Below are positions 63,884-64,000 of a stretch of DNA of 64,000 bases, piece after piece. Origin of the DNA: Chiloscyllium plagiosum. Taxonomy: Eukaryota. The stretch's first letter is position 1. Each line of letters opens with the position of its first letter. The notes below the pieces were generated by a model. That model made no database searches. It saw nothing but the letters and a program-made list of their open reading frames with translations, and was not told the DNA's origin. Location of the stretch: NCBI RefSeq assembly GCF_004010195.1, contig NC_057718.1, forward strand, positions 69,773,213 to 69,837,212, read 5' to 3'. Position numbers and translations under genes: made by a program.

Positions 63884-64000
63884 TAGTCTCACCTGCCAGC
63901 ACCCGGCCCATATCCCTCCAAACCCTTCCTATTCATATACCCATCCAAATGCCTTTTAAATGTTGCAATTGTACCAGCCTCCACCACATCCTCTGGCAGC
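63884..64000 (-). mobile_element. CR1/HER1 3' fragment running off the window
   Basis: Reverse complement of LPEDVVEAGTIATFKRHLDGYMNRKGLEGYG. Confidence 0.8.

Overview
Repeat-saturated vertebrate genomic DNA, almost certainly from a shark or other elasmobranch: it carries HE1-type tRNA SINEs, HER1/CR1 LINEs, a Deu-domain SINE, Penelope-like elements, Gypsy LTR elements and RTE/L2 relics, with two N gaps (32654-33480, 59771-59961). I found no intact host protein-coding gene, and nearly all listed ORFs are decayed retroelement fragments. The notable structure is a retrotransposition 'landing pad'. The 5' LTR of a minus-strand Gypsy element (546-4108) is split at its TATA-like motif by about 3.35 kb of stacked, same-orientation, mostly poly(A)-tailed inserts. 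Eleven copies of the target motif CACTCCTGTT separate them. The inserts are mostly 5'-truncated Tx1-clade LINE ends, but also include a processed ferritin mRNA, a polyadenylated HE1 SINE, a second 3'-UTR family and captured genomic DNA. A second LTR of the same family (58904-60974) is interrupted at the equivalent position with a 15-bp TSD, and two uninterrupted LTR copies (17501-17736, about 51041-51196) serve as internal empty-site controls. Repeat family names come from recalled motifs and translation, not database searches, and the boundaries of old repeats are approximate.
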